A stretch of DNA of 35,737 nt. Origin: a virus. Both the position numbers and the translations under genes were made by a program. The stretch lies in the IMG/VR virus record IMGVR_UViG_3300042564_004142. One strand, given 5' to 3'. Under the pieces are notes generated by a model. The model had not been told where the DNA came from. It did not search any database and saw only the letters and a list, made by a program, of their open reading frames with translations. Positions 24,384 to 33,287 of this stretch are shown here, piece after piece. The first letter of the stretch is position 1; each line of letters begins with the position of its first letter.

Positions 24384-24830
24384 ATGACTGAGCAGGAATT
24401 GAGATCAGCCGTGCGTGCTGAGGCGTTGCGCTGGGTCGGTACGCCATACCACCACGGCGCTGATGTGCTGGGGCAAGGCGTCGATTGTCTGATGCTGCTG
24501 GTGCGGGTGTATCACGCAGTGGGCTTGATACCAGACATTGACCCGCGCCCGTATGCGCCGGACTGGCAGTTTCACCGTAACGAAGAAATTTACCTGGGCG
24601 GTCTGGAAACGTATTGTGAACAGACTGACGATCTGGGTGTGGGTAATATTTTCATGTGGAAATTCGGGCGCACCTACAGCCATTCCGGCATATACATGGG
24701 CGACGGTGTGGTGTGTCATGCCTGGCGCGACGTGCGCGAGGTGACGTTGACCGAGTTGCACTACCCTAAGCTGGCGACCCGTCAACGGCTGCAATATCGT
24801 TTTAAAGACTGGGGTGCTCATGGGCGGTAA
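24384..24830 (+). CDS. NlpC/P60-family tail-associated peptidase (gpK / GTA g14-like)
   Basis: Catalytic Cys context GQGVDCLMLLVRVY and His context SHSGIYMGDGVVCHA. Start at ATG 24384, 1 nt after the upstream stop. Confidence 0.7.
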   Translation: MTEQELRSAVRAEALRWVGTPYHHGADVLGQGVDCLMLLVRVYHAVGLIPDIDPRPYAPDWQFHRNEEIYLGGLETYCEQTDDLGVGNIFMWKFGRTYSHSGIYMGDGVVCHAWRDVREVTLTELHYPKLATRQRLQYRFKDWGAHGR

Positions 24831-27800
24831 GACGACGACCATCAGCACCAGTGAGCCACGGCTCGGCGGCCTGCGGCTGCAAACCTCGCAATATGGTCTG
24901 ACCTGGGGTCTTGGCTGGGGGCGGTATCGTGCGCCCGGCAACCTGATCTGGTACAACAATTTTCGGTCAGTCGCCACGACCGAGGTTAGTGAAAGTGGTG
25001 GTAAAGGCGGCGGTGGTGGTGGGGTGCGGCAAGAACGCACCACGTACAAATATTATGCTGATCTGATGATGGCGCTGGGGCACGGTATTATTCCCAACGT
25101 GGTCAGTGTCTGGAAGGGCAAGAAACGGCTGCAAGGGTATGTAATACCTGAAACGCAGGTCAATGAAACAGCAACAGCCACGCTGGGAGCCAGTAAGCAA
25201 ACCAGCGTGACCGGTTATGTCTCGACCGGTACAGTCTGGGTCGTCAATGGCGACTACGTGTGGGTTGGAAATGATAGTGACGCGGGCGGTTCTTATCAGT
25301 TTGTTGACCGGGTGACGTCTGATTTCACCGTCAGTAACGGTACATATACCTTCGGCGCGTCGGTCGGCGTTGGCCAGGAAGTTCGTATTGAGTATGTGAG
25401 AAATATTCCCCAGTCGTCGGTCTCGGCCTTGGGTGAGCTGGGCGCGGGTCTGGCGGTAGGGTCGTATGGTCAACCGCCGGTGCCGTTTGTGCAAACCAGT
25501 TTTCCCGGCGAGGCACTGGGGTACAGCGGCCTGGCGTACATTTATGCGCAGTCGTATGAACTGTCGGCCAATGCCGAGGTCATGAACCATAGTTTCGAGC
25601 TGAGCACTACCACTGAGTTTAGTACCAGTATTGTCGATGCCAACCCGCGCGTGGTGATTGACAAGTTTCTGACCGACCCGTATGCGGGGGCGTTGTGGCC
25701 TTCGTGGCGGCTGGGTGACTTGACCCAGTATGAAAACTATTGCGTGGCGCACGGCATTTTTTTCAGTCCGTTTTTACTGGAACAAAAACCGGCGAACGAA
25801 ATACTGAACAACTGGCTCATGCTGACCAATAGCGACGTGCTATGGTCGGAAGGCAAGCTGAAATTTTTGCCGCGCGGCGACGCGCCCAAAACCGGCAACG
25901 GCAAGACCTATAACCCAAACACCACGCCGGTGTTTGATTTGACCGATGACGATTTTTTGAGCGAAGGCTCGGCCACCGTATTGAAAATACGGCGCAAAGA
26001 AAACGACGAAGCCTACAATGTCGTGACCCTTGAAATTGAAAACCGGGTAAATCAGTACAACGTCGAGCCGGTGCGCGCCAGCGATCTGGCGCACATTGAA
26101 CGTTTCGGCCAGCGCCCGAAAGAAACGCTTGAGGCCAAGGCCATTAAAGACCCGCAAGTGGCGTCGTTTGTGGCTACGCTACTGCTGCAACGTGAAATTG
26201 CGGTCAGAAACGAGTACGAGTTTCGCCTGTCCTGGGTCAAAGACGGACTTGAGCCGGGCGATCTGGTCACGCTGACTTATGCCCCCGCGCTGATGAACCG
26301 TGTGCCAGCGCGCATTGTGTCAATGGACGAGAGCGACGAGGGCACCTGGTCTGTGGTGGCCGAAGATGCGCCCATCGGCATGGCCTCAGCACCGCTGTAC
26401 GGAGTGCAGGCCGGGTCGGGGTTCGCGCATGATTACAACAAGGCGCCCGGAAACGTGGCTACACCGGTGTTTTTTGAAGCGCCGATTGAGCGCACTACGT
26501 CTGGCTTGCAGGTTTATGTGGCCGTGACCGGCACTATTTCAGCCTGGGGCGGCTGTTCGGTCTGGGTCAGTCTTGATGATGTCAATTACAAGCGCGTCGA
26601 TACCATCAACACCCCGGCGCGCTACGGTACGTTGCGTGCGTCTTTGGCTGCCGGGGCGGGGGCAACGGCGCAGGTACAGCTCACCGGCCTGGGTGGGCAG
26701 CTATTGCCCGGCACCGCGCCCGAAGCCGATACCGATGTCACGCTCTGCTGGGTTGGCAATGCCAGCGGTGGTGAATATTTCAGTCATGAAGGCGCGGCCT
26801 TTGTCGGCACAAACCAGTACGACCTGAGCGGCCTGCGGCGTGGGCGCTTTGGTAGCCCGGCGCTGGCAAGGACGGCGGGTAGTTCGTTCGTGCGCGTGGA
26901 CGATGCGGTCGGCAGCAGTGGTGATCTTGACCTGAGCCTGGTGGACAAGACCCTGTATTTCAAGTTCACCAGTTTTAATGTGTACGGAGGCGGGGAACAG
27001 GCGCTGGCCGATGTGCCGGTCTATAGCTACAAGATTACCGGCAGCATGCTCAAGCTGCCACCGTCAGCGCCCACCGGCCTGACACTGCAAATTGAGACCA
27101 ATGGGGTACGCGCGAAGTGGAACCCGTGCCCCGACCAGGACTATGCTTCCACCCTGGTCAAGCAGGGCGCAAGCTGGGACAGTGCCGTGCTGTTGTCTGA
27201 CAAATCAGCCTCGACCCACCTGCTCGACTGGCAACCAGCCGGGGTGTGTACCGTCTGGGCGGCGCATGTTGACCAGTATGGCAACGTCAGCACCCCGGTC
27301 AGTACCGCCATCACCATCAGGCCGCCGTCGCAAGTAGTCATGACGGCCACGGAAATGCAGGCCAATGCGCTGGTTATGCAGTGGCTTGATGCCAAGACCG
27401 ACCAGCCGATATTGCGCTACCAGTACCGAATGGGGGTCATAGGTACGCCTTACGCTTCGGCTATGGACTGGGGCAGCGCCGGGTCAGATGGCTGGTCAGA
27501 CCTGCGAACTTTTAGAACTCCGGGTGAAAAAGTGGTCTATGTCGTGGCCTATGACCTGGCGGGGAATGCCAGCACGCCAACCTCGTTTGTAGTCACGTCG
27601 AACATGCCGACCGACTTTGTTATCGCAACGGAATGGTGGGAAGACTGGCAGACCTCGGAACTGGTCAATGCGTCGATTATTGGCGGTGCCAATGGCCAGT
27701 TGCTGATGCCGGTGAAAGAATGCACCTGGGCGCAACATTTTGCAGATCAGTCGTGGGCTAACATACAGGCGCAGATCAATGCCGGTTTTCCGTTGTACTG

Positions 27801-28335
27801 GCAACCGGCAGAGACCAGCGGCTACCACATAGAACGCAAAGACTGCGGCACTTTGATTAGCGGCGGGGTCATTTCGGTCAGTGTGACCGCTGCCATGCTC
27901 GGTACGGGGGCAGTCAGTACCGTCAGCATCAGAACCAGTGCCGACGCTGTTACCTGGTCAGCCTGGACAGATACTCGACAGCTACAGGCCAGCAATTTCA
28001 GGTGGGTGGAAGTACGCTACGCCGTGACCTGCCCCGGACGCGCGGGTGCCATGCTGGTTGAGGATATTTATGTGGACGTGCGTCTGCAACAACTAATCGA
28101 GACCGCAACGCTGACGCTGAACGCGGCGGATGTGGGCGGGACGTTCTACCCGGTGACCAAGCCGTTCATTGACATTAAAAACGTGCAGGTGACGGCGCTG
28201 AACTCGCCTTCGCTGGCGGTATTTAACGCCATTATTCAAGACAGCACCACGCCATTTGGGGTGTACGTACAGGCATGGAACCTGAGCAACGTGCGCGTCA
28301 GCGGCACGGTGTCTTTAACTATTACGGGAGTTTGA
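24820..28335 (+). CDS. Host-specificity / central tail tip protein (gpJ-like, about 1171 aa)
   Basis: N-terminal MGGKTTTISTSEPRLGGLRLQTSQYG pattern of J-like proteins. FN3-like segment (PSAPTGLTLQIETNGVRAKWNP). Size and position fit. Confidence 0.8.
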   Translation: MGGKTTTISTSEPRLGGLRLQTSQYGLTWGLGWGRYRAPGNLIWYNNFRSVATTEVSESGGKGGGGGGVRQERTTYKYYADLMMALGHGIIPNVVSVWKGKKRLQGYVIPETQVNETATATLGASKQTSVTGYVSTGTVWVVNGDYVWVGNDSDAGGSYQFVDRVTSDFTVSNGTYTFGASVGVGQEVRIEYVRNIPQSSVSALGELGAGLAVGSYGQPPVPFVQTSFPGEALGYSGLAYIYAQSYELSANAEVMNHSFELSTTTEFSTSIVDANPRVVIDKFLTDPYAGALWPSWRLGDLTQYENYCVAHGIFFSPFLLEQKPANEILNNWLMLTNSDVLWSEGKLKFLPRGDAPKTGNGKTYNPNTTPVFDLTDDDFLSEGSATVLKIRRKENDEAYNVVTLEIENRVNQYNVEPVRASDLAHIERFGQRPKETLEAKAIKDPQVASFVATLLLQREIAVRNEYEFRLSWVKDGLEPGDLVTLTYAPALMNRVPARIVSMDESDEGTWSVVAEDAPIGMASAPLYGVQAGSGFAHDYNKAPGNVATPVFFEAPIERTTSGLQVYVAVTGTISAWGGCSVWVSLDDVNYKRVDTINTPARYGTLRASLAAGAGATAQVQLTGLGGQLLPGTAPEADTDVTLCWVGNASGGEYFSHEGAAFVGTNQYDLSGLRRGRFGSPALARTAGSSFVRVDDAVGSSGDLDLSLVDKTLYFKFTSFNVYGGGEQALADVPVYSYKITGSMLKLPPSAPTGLTLQIETNGVRAKWNPCPDQDYASTLVKQGASWDSAVLLSDKSASTHLLDWQPAGVCTVWAAHVDQYGNVSTPVSTAITIRPPSQVVMTATEMQANALVMQWLDAKTDQPILRYQYRMGVIGTPYASAMDWGSAGSDGWSDLRTFRTPGEKVVYVVAYDLAGNASTPTSFVVTSNMPTDFVIATEWWEDWQTSELVNASIIGGANGQLLMPVKECTWAQHFADQSWANIQAQINAGFPLYWQPAETSGYHIERKDCGTLISGGVISVSVTAAMLGTGAVSTVSIRTSADAVTWSAWTDTRQLQASNFRWVEVRYAVTCPGRAGAMLVEDIYVDVRLQQLIETATLTLNAADVGGTFYPVTKPFIDIKNVQVTALNSPSLAVFNAIIQDSTTPFGVYVQAWNLSNVRVSGTVSLTITGV

Positions 28336-28338
28336 CGA

Positions 28339-29691
28339 ATGCCAGATCAGAATGATTTGAACAAGCCAGACCTGGGCAGCAGCTACAACAATGAAGTGCT
28401 GGAAACCTTGCGCGGTCATATTGCACGGCTATGGACAGGCACCTGGGGCAGCATGGCCGGTGTAATCAATGGCATGCTGCGCTGGGAAATACCCGGCGGC
28501 AATGTACTGAGGCTATGGCGCAGAAACGGCTCCGGCACCGACGACCTGGTGTTTGATAGTACCTCGTTGCTGGGTGACGGAACGGTGACGACTGCAAAGC
28601 TGGCGAATGGGGCGGTGACGCCTTCGAAGCTGGCTGATGGGGCGGTGACGCCTTCGAAGCTGGCTGATGCCTCGGTGACGACTGTAAAACTGGCTCCCGT
28701 AATCGCCCCTGTTGTGTCGTCGCTGAACGGAGGTCAGCTTGCTGGAATGCGGAATAAGATCATCAACGGCGCTATGGCTATTGACCAACGTAATAATGGT
28801 GCCCTGGTGTCAATAACCACTGGCTCAGCGTTAGCTTATACGGTTGATCGTTGGTTTGTTTGGGTAACTGGAACCGGAAACATTGCCGGTGTTCAAAGAG
28901 TATCAGGTACATCCCCTAATGAGTTTTTACTTCAAATAGGTAATGGTGGTTCAGGGAGAACAGTCAGAGTAGCACAACGTATTGAAGCGTCTGATTCACA
29001 AGATTTAGCGGGGATGGTGGCTACTTTATCGGCAGATTTGGCTCGTACACCTACCGGAGGAACAGTAGTGACTTGGACTGCCAGTTACGCAAATACAAGA
29101 GATTCTTTTGGTACTGTGGCGGCTCCCACAAAAACTCAAATTGCTACAGGAACTTTTACAGTGAGTTCTACTGTAACAAGGTATTCGACGCAAATAAGTA
29201 TACCGAGCGCGGCAATTACAGGGATAGAAATAGAGTTTAGTTGGCAAACAGGTACGGTGGTCAGCGATAGTGTTATAGGGAGAGTACAACTCGAACCCGG
29301 AAGCGTAGCCACGCCGTTTGAGCACCGCCCGATTGGCGCTGAGCTGGCGCTGTGTCAGAGGTATTATTGGAGGCTGTCTGGAACGACAACTCAACAAATA
29401 GCTATGGGATGGTGTGAAACTACGACGCGCTGCCGACCGTTTATTAAGACGCCAGCAACTATGAGGACGACACCAAGCGCAAACTCCTCAACTATAACAA
29501 GCTTTTTTCTTCGCGGTGGCGGCACAAACGTCGCTGTGTCAAGTAGCTTAGGTGGTTGGTTTGGAACCACCCAAGATACTATTCATAATGAATTAAACAC
29601 AGCGACAGCTCACGGCGGAGCAGCGGGTGGCGCAGCAGTATTATGTACCCCCGCATCATCTTGGTTTATTGACGCATCAGCGGAGCTGTAA
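28339..29691 (+). CDS. Tail fibre protein
   Basis: xxVTxxKLAx decapeptide repeats. C-terminal domain carries the widespread fibre motif QLEPGSVATPFEHRP...ELALCQRYY. GGAG SD. Confidence 0.8.
   Translation: MPDQNDLNKPDLGSSYNNEVLETLRGHIARLWTGTWGSMAGVINGMLRWEIPGGNVLRLWRRNGSGTDDLVFDSTSLLGDGTVTTAKLANGAVTPSKLADGAVTPSKLADASVTTVKLAPVIAPVVSSLNGGQLAGMRNKIINGAMAIDQRNNGALVSITTGSALAYTVDRWFVWVTGTGNIAGVQRVSGTSPNEFLLQIGNGGSGRTVRVAQRIEASDSQDLAGMVATLSADLARTPTGGTVVTWTASYANTRDSFGTVAAPTKTQIATGTFTVSSTVTRYSTQISIPSAAITGIEIEFSWQTGTVVSDSVIGRVQLEPGSVATPFEHRPIGAELALCQRYYWRLSGTTTQQIAMGWCETTTRCRPFIKTPATMRTTPSANSSTITSFFLRGGGTNVAVSSSLGGWFGTTQDTIHNELNTATAHGGAAGGAAVLCTPASSWFIDASAEL
28579..28698 (+). repeat. Four tandem 30-bp coding repeats (GTVTTAKLAN / GAVTPSKLAD x2 / ASVTTVKLAP)
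   Basis: Units at 28609..28638 and 28639..28668 are identical 30/30. The flanking units are degenerate. Confidence 0.9.
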
Positions 29692-29820
29692 TCATGTACA
29701 AACTAACCAACGCACCATAGCTGCTTTGGGCGCAGACCGCAACGGCTACGATGCGGCAGGGGTAGAACTTCGCTGGACTTTGTGGAAACGCTAACAAGTT
29801 GGTATTTGCTTCAATAACAG

Positions 29821-29841
29821 ACCGCTTCGGCGGTTTTTTTA
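29821..29841 (+). terminator. Rho-independent terminator after the tail fibre gene
   Basis: ACCGC-ttcg-GCGGT followed by TTTTTTT. Confidence 0.6.
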
Positions 29842-29857
29842 TTTCAAGAGAGCCGTC

Positions 29858-30208
29858 ATGATCGAGGACACCGAAGTACCCAGGCGCAGACTAATGGATA
29901 ACGAGGTGGCCGTCATCTCGCACACTATTGGGCGCATGGCCGACGATATGGACGACATGAAAACGTCCATGAAAGAACTTACCGTAGCCATGAACCGTCT
30001 GGCGCTGGCTGAGGAAAGAATCTCACACATGGGCGGCGCTGTCGAACGCGCTTTCAAGAACATTGAAATGCTCATAGGCCGGGTGAATGAGCTGGAGCGC
30101 AAATCTCTGGTGCATAGCAAAACGAGCGACTGGGTGGACAAAGTGATCTGGCTAGTGGTGGGCGCAGTGGTCACGGCATTGTTAATTAAATTGGGGCTGC
30201 AATCATGA
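29858..30208 (+). CDS. Coiled-coil protein with a C-terminal TM anchor (possibly lysis-associated)
   Basis: Heptad-like MKELTVAMNRLALAEERI...IGRVNELERK, then VIWLVVGAVVTALLIKLGL. ATGA-coupled to the holin-like gene. Confidence 0.5.
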   Translation: MIEDTEVPRRRLMDNEVAVISHTIGRMADDMDDMKTSMKELTVAMNRLALAEERISHMGGAVERAFKNIEMLIGRVNELERKSLVHSKTSDWVDKVIWLVVGAVVTALLIKLGLQS

Positions 30209-30687
30209 TCGAAACTTTATTGGGAACTTTGTTCGGCGGTGCATTTCGGCTTGCGCCGGAAATACTGCGCTGGCTCGACCGAAAAAACGAACGGGCGCAT
30301 GAGCTGGCCATGTTTGACAAGCAACTCGAGGCCGACAAGCTGAAAGGTGCCCAGGCGCTCGCGCAGATCAACGCCCAGGCCGATGCGGCGATTGGTGTTG
30401 CTGAAATTCAGGCCATCATCGAGGCTACAAAAGCGCAATCCGCGCAGACCGGCATCAAGTGGGTCGATGCCCTGAATGCGTCGATACGACCTCTGCTGGC
30501 GTTGCAATGGCTGATCTTGCTCTGGCCTGCGGTGGTCGTGGCGGGGTTTGTCTTGTCGGTACTGGCCGGTATTGACCCGCTGACAGCGCTGCGCAGCACC
30601 TTTGGTGTCGATGAAAAGGCGCTGGCGGCCAGTGTGGCCAGCTTCTTTCTGGTCGATAGGTCGTTGCGGAAAATGTTCGGACGCTGA
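30205..30687 (+). CDS. Holin-like membrane protein (GTA 3-TM holin-like pattern)
   Basis: Long cytoplasmic N-terminus, then IRPLLALQWLILLWPAVVVAGFVLSVLAGI and ALAASVASFFLV hydrophobic segments. Directly precedes the endolysin. Confidence 0.5.
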   Translation: MIETLLGTLFGGAFRLAPEILRWLDRKNERAHELAMFDKQLEADKLKGAQALAQINAQADAAIGVAEIQAIIEATKAQSAQTGIKWVDALNASIRPLLALQWLILLWPAVVVAGFVLSVLAGIDPLTALRSTFGVDEKALAASVASFFLVDRSLRKMFGR

Positions 30688-30688
30688 G

Positions 30689-31114
30689 ATGGTGCCCGAA
30701 CCCTTGCTACAACTGATTCGGCGCTTTGAGGGCTGCAAGCTGAAAGCCTATTTGTGCCCGGCTGGTGTCTGGACTATCGGCTGGGGCGCAACCGGCGCAG
30801 AGGTCAGGCCGGGTCTGGTCTGGACGCAAGAACAGTCCGATGCCCGGCTAATTCAAGATGCCTCTCACTTCTACTACGCGTCGGGCAAGCTGTCGCCGGT
30901 TCTTTGGCTGTCGGGCGATGATCGGCACTCTGCGATTGCTGACTTTTGCTACAACCTCGGCCTGGGGCGCTATAGAGCCAGCACGCTCAAGCGGCGCGTC
31001 GATGCCGAGGACTGGGACGGTGTAGCGCTTGAGCTGGACAAATGGGTCTGGGGCGGGGGCAAGAAGCTGCCCGGACTGGTGGCCAGGCGCAAAGCTGAGG
31101 CCGCGCTACTTTAG
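30689..31114 (+). CDS. Endolysin, glycoside hydrolase family 24 lysozyme
   Basis: LIRRFEGCKLKAYLCPAGVWTIGWGATG...T.EQSDARL catalytic-region motif. Start at ATG 30689, 1 nt after the holin stop. No signal-anchor. Confidence 0.85.
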   Translation: MVPEPLLQLIRRFEGCKLKAYLCPAGVWTIGWGATGAEVRPGLVWTQEQSDARLIQDASHFYYASGKLSPVLWLSGDDRHSAIADFCYNLGLGRYRASTLKRRVDAEDWDGVALELDKWVWGGGKKLPGLVARRKAEAALL

Positions 31115-31123
31115 AAAACAATC

Positions 31124-31402
31124 GTGGAGTTGAGTCATGAACAACATCGTGCCGAGTGCTTCGAGCGTTTCTGCTGCGCCGTCGAGAATTTTCTCAATGG
31201 GCAAAGAGATCAAGTCGCGGACTACCTCCGAAGCATCGAGGCGCGGCTCGGGCGCGACATTGCAGAGCGCGTCAAGACCAGTATTCTTGCCTGCGCCCGC
31301 ACGCCCGGCTGGCTGCGCGACGTTGAAAAGCTGCGACCTGAGCGCGCGCGAACAGGAGCTGATGGAGACCTTCGGCAAACTTCCCTTTTCGTGGGAAGTT
31401 GA
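31124..31402 (+). CDS. Alternative overlapping ORF (92 aa, GTG start, same frame as the HNH gene)
   Basis: Reads as a plausible helical protein over its first ~70 codons (MELSHEQHRAECFERFCCAVENFLNGQRDQVADYLRSIEARLGRDIAERV). Third-position GC is about equal to the other frame over those ~70 codons. No SD. Confidence 0.3.
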   Translation: MELSHEQHRAECFERFCCAVENFLNGQRDQVADYLRSIEARLGRDIAERVKTSILACARTPGWLRDVEKLRPERARTGADGDLRQTSLFVGS

Positions 31403-31433
31403 CTGGGACGTGCGCATGGAGCCAGCAGCGTGA
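31137..31433 (+). CDS. Hypothetical protein (98 aa); frame assignment ambiguous
   Basis: GGAG SD 7 nt upstream of the ATG. Stop overlaps the HNH GTG (GTGA). The N-terminal two-thirds are low-complexity Ser/Ala/Arg/Pro. Confidence 0.4.
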   Translation: MNNIVPSASSVSAAPSRIFSMGKEIKSRTTSEASRRGSGATLQSASRPVFLPAPARPAGCATLKSCDLSAREQELMETFGKLPFSWEVDWDVRMEPAA

Positions 31434-32161
31434 GGCGGTTTTGGACTGAGCAGGAATTGAGCCTGCTGCGCCAGCTTTACCCCGACCAGGCGGCCTCTAA
31501 GGTGGCGCAAACACTGCGGCGCAGCCTGAGTTCTGTCTATGCTCAGGCCGCGATACTTGGCCTAAAAAAATCTGATGCCTTTCTGCAAAGTGATTTAAGC
31601 GGTCGCATTCAGCGCGGCAAGCAAGACCCGCGCATGGTCAGTACGCAATTCAAGAAGGGGCTGACACCGTGGAACAAGGGTTCGCATTTCGTTGCGGGAG
31701 GGCGTAGCCACGAAACCCGCTTCAAGAAAGGCTATATGAGCGGCGCGGCGCAGCATAACTATGTGCCGATCGGCAGTTTGCGGGTGACGAAAGATGGCTA
31801 CCTTGAGCGCAAAGTCACCGACGACCCGAACCTGGTGCCAGCCCGGCGCTGGGTGGCGGTACATCGGCTGGTGTGGGAAGCGGCGCACGGTGCTATCCCG
31901 GACGGTTTTGTCGTCGTTTACAAGCCCGGAATGAAAACCGCCGTGCTGGAGCAGGTCACACTCGACCGGCTGGAGTGCATCAGCCGCGCCGAGCTGATCT
32001 GGCGCAACCATCCGGCCAGAAAATGCCCCGAGCTTGCCCGGCTGGTGCAGCTCAAGGGCGCTATCACGCGCCAGGTGAACCGAATCAACAGAGAGCATCA
32101 ACAACGAGGAAACAAAAATGAGTCATCCGCACATCAATACCCTAAGAACCGAACTGCTTAA
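31430..32161 (+). CDS. HNH homing-type endonuclease with an N-terminal Myb/SANT-like domain
   Basis: FWTEQELSLLRQLYP...VAQTLRRSLSSVYAQAAILGLKK, followed by an HNH_3-like GYLERKV...VHRLVWEAAHGAIPDGFVV. Confidence 0.7.
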   Translation: MRRFWTEQELSLLRQLYPDQAASKVAQTLRRSLSSVYAQAAILGLKKSDAFLQSDLSGRIQRGKQDPRMVSTQFKKGLTPWNKGSHFVAGGRSHETRFKKGYMSGAAQHNYVPIGSLRVTKDGYLERKVTDDPNLVPARRWVAVHRLVWEAAHGAIPDGFVVVYKPGMKTAVLEQVTLDRLECISRAELIWRNHPARKCPELARLVQLKGAITRQVNRINREHQQRGNKNESSAHQYPKNRTA

Positions 32162-32381
32162 TACCCTGGCCGACTTGCGCAACCGTGAGCAGCCTATGGA
32201 GCCAGACCGCGCCCGGGCCATTGCCCAGGTGGCCAGCGTTCTGGTCGAGAGCGCGCGGGTCGAGGTCGATTATCTCAAGGTCACGCAGCAAGATGTCAGT
32301 GATTTTATCGACGGCATGAAAGCGCCAGAGGTTCAAACTGCGCTGCAACAGTCTAACCGCCAGATACATCAGTTGAAATGA
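32118..32381 (+). CDS. Hypothetical protein (87 aa)
   Basis: GAGGAAAC SD. ATGA coupling to the next gene. Confidence 0.5.
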   Translation: MSHPHINTLRTELLNTLADLRNREQPMEPDRARAIAQVASVLVESARVEVDYLKVTQQDVSDFIDGMKAPEVQTALQQSNRQIHQLK

Positions 32382-32611
32382 GCGCGACAAACAGACCGGC
32401 GCGGTCAAGAAAATACCCGGTTTACGACCGCGCGCAGCACGGCAACCCGTTTGAGTGGATACTGGCCGAGGTGAGGGTCATGCGCGCCCGGCAGGGCTAT
32501 GACATAGCCATGACCGAACTGGGGCGCAAACTCAAGGCCGAACGTCTGCGCGAGGCGGGGGAGGGTGAAGACCTGCCTGTAGCGCAGCCAGCGCCAGCAG
32601 AACAAGTTTAG
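32378..32611 (+). CDS. Hypothetical protein (77 aa), last plus-strand gene
   Basis: Coupled start. The 3' end overlaps the convergent minus-strand ORF by 80 nt. Confidence 0.45.
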   Translation: MSATNRPARSRKYPVYDRAQHGNPFEWILAEVRVMRARQGYDIAMTELGRKLKAERLREAGEGEDLPVAQPAPAEQV

Positions 32612-32747
32612 GCGGGTCGGCAGCGTCCAGCCAGCGCGCATAGGTGGCGCGACTGACGCCGAATGCCTCTGCGCCGGACTCGTAGGTGTGCCAGTGGCTG
32701 TCGTGCCAGGCGCGCAGGGAAGTGGTCAAGGGTTTCGTGGGTGCCAT
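32532..32747 (-). CDS. Small HTH DNA-binding protein (71 aa)
   Basis: GAEAFGVSRATYARWLDAADPPKLVLLALAALQAGL is typical of small phage HTH regulators. Confidence 0.5.
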   Translation of the reverse strand: MAPTKPLTTSLRAWHDSHWHTYESGAEAFGVSRATYARWLDAADPPKLVLLALAALQAGLHPPPPRADVRP

Positions 32748-32974
32748 TCAGCAGCCTCTTTTAGCAAGCGCCTGAGCCTTGCAGCCAGGTCTTCAATTTT
32801 CACGCCACGCGCCGTTTCTTTCGCTTGAAAAATAGCCAGGCTGGCGTCATCGGTTTCCAGGTCGGTGAAGCCGTCACCCTTGGTAACCAAAACCCGCAGC
32901 CCGGAATTGTGCAGCAAATGGCCGTCCTGGTCGCGTGACCAGGATTTGTGCCAGTTATAGTGTTTGCCGGTCAT
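32726..32974 (-). CDS. Hypothetical protein (82 aa)
   Basis: ATGA coupling with the upstream 72-aa gene. Confidence 0.5.
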   Translation of the reverse strand: MTGKHYNWHKSWSRDQDGHLLHNSGLRVLVTKGDGFTDLETDDASLAIFQAKETARGVKIEDLAARLRRLLKEAAEWHPRNP

Positions 32975-33189
32975 TTCAGGATATTGAGCAAATCGCGCTC
33001 AAATTCATCACGACCGGGTACGCCGGACGCCGGTTTAGAGCAACTGAGCGCATAACGATTTTGGGGTAATTGCACCGCTTCGCCGTTGGCTTTGATAAGA
33101 AGTGTACCGTCTTTAGTTTGACTGACGCTCAGGCCAGTGTCTGCGCCGTTGATGCTGATGTTGCCGTTTGTGTAGATGACGATGCTCAT
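32971..33189 (-). CDS. Hypothetical protein (72 aa)
   Basis: AGGAG SD 6 nt upstream of ATG 33189. Confidence 0.55.
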   Translation of the reverse strand: MSIVIYTNGNISINGADTGLSVSQTKDGTLLIKANGEAVQLPQNRYALSCSKPASGVPGRDEFERDLLNILK

Positions 33190-33258
33190 TTCATTCTCCT
33201 GTTAGAGAGCCAAGTACCGCTTGGCGTCGGCGGTGATTTACTAACCACCATGAGTATA

Positions 33259-33287
33259 ATCATAATCTCAAATTGAGACTTGCTCAA
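33259..33287 (-). promoter_or_regulatory. Candidate sigma70 promoter TTGAGC-N17-TATGAT for the 33189..32532 three-gene operon
   Basis: Hexamers read on the minus strand. The -35 lies inside a hairpin (AGACTT-gctc-AAGTCT, 33276..33291) that is followed on the plus strand by a T8 run. Confidence 0.35.

Noticed and set aside
28579-28698. Regular 30-bp repeats, considered as a possible CRISPR array.
   Set aside because: The units are contiguous with no spacers, in frame, and encode decapeptide repeats inside the tail fibre ORF.
28740-29691. Diversity-generating retroelement targeting the tail-fibre C-terminus.
   Set aside because: There is no reverse transcriptase ORF and no template-repeat copy of the fibre 3' end anywhere in the window.
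31124-31433. Embedded i-spanin/o-spanin pair in the two overlapping frames after the endolysin.
   Set aside because: Neither product has an N-terminal TM helix. The only Cys contexts (SILAC, PAGC) are not preceded by a signal peptide or an available start codon.
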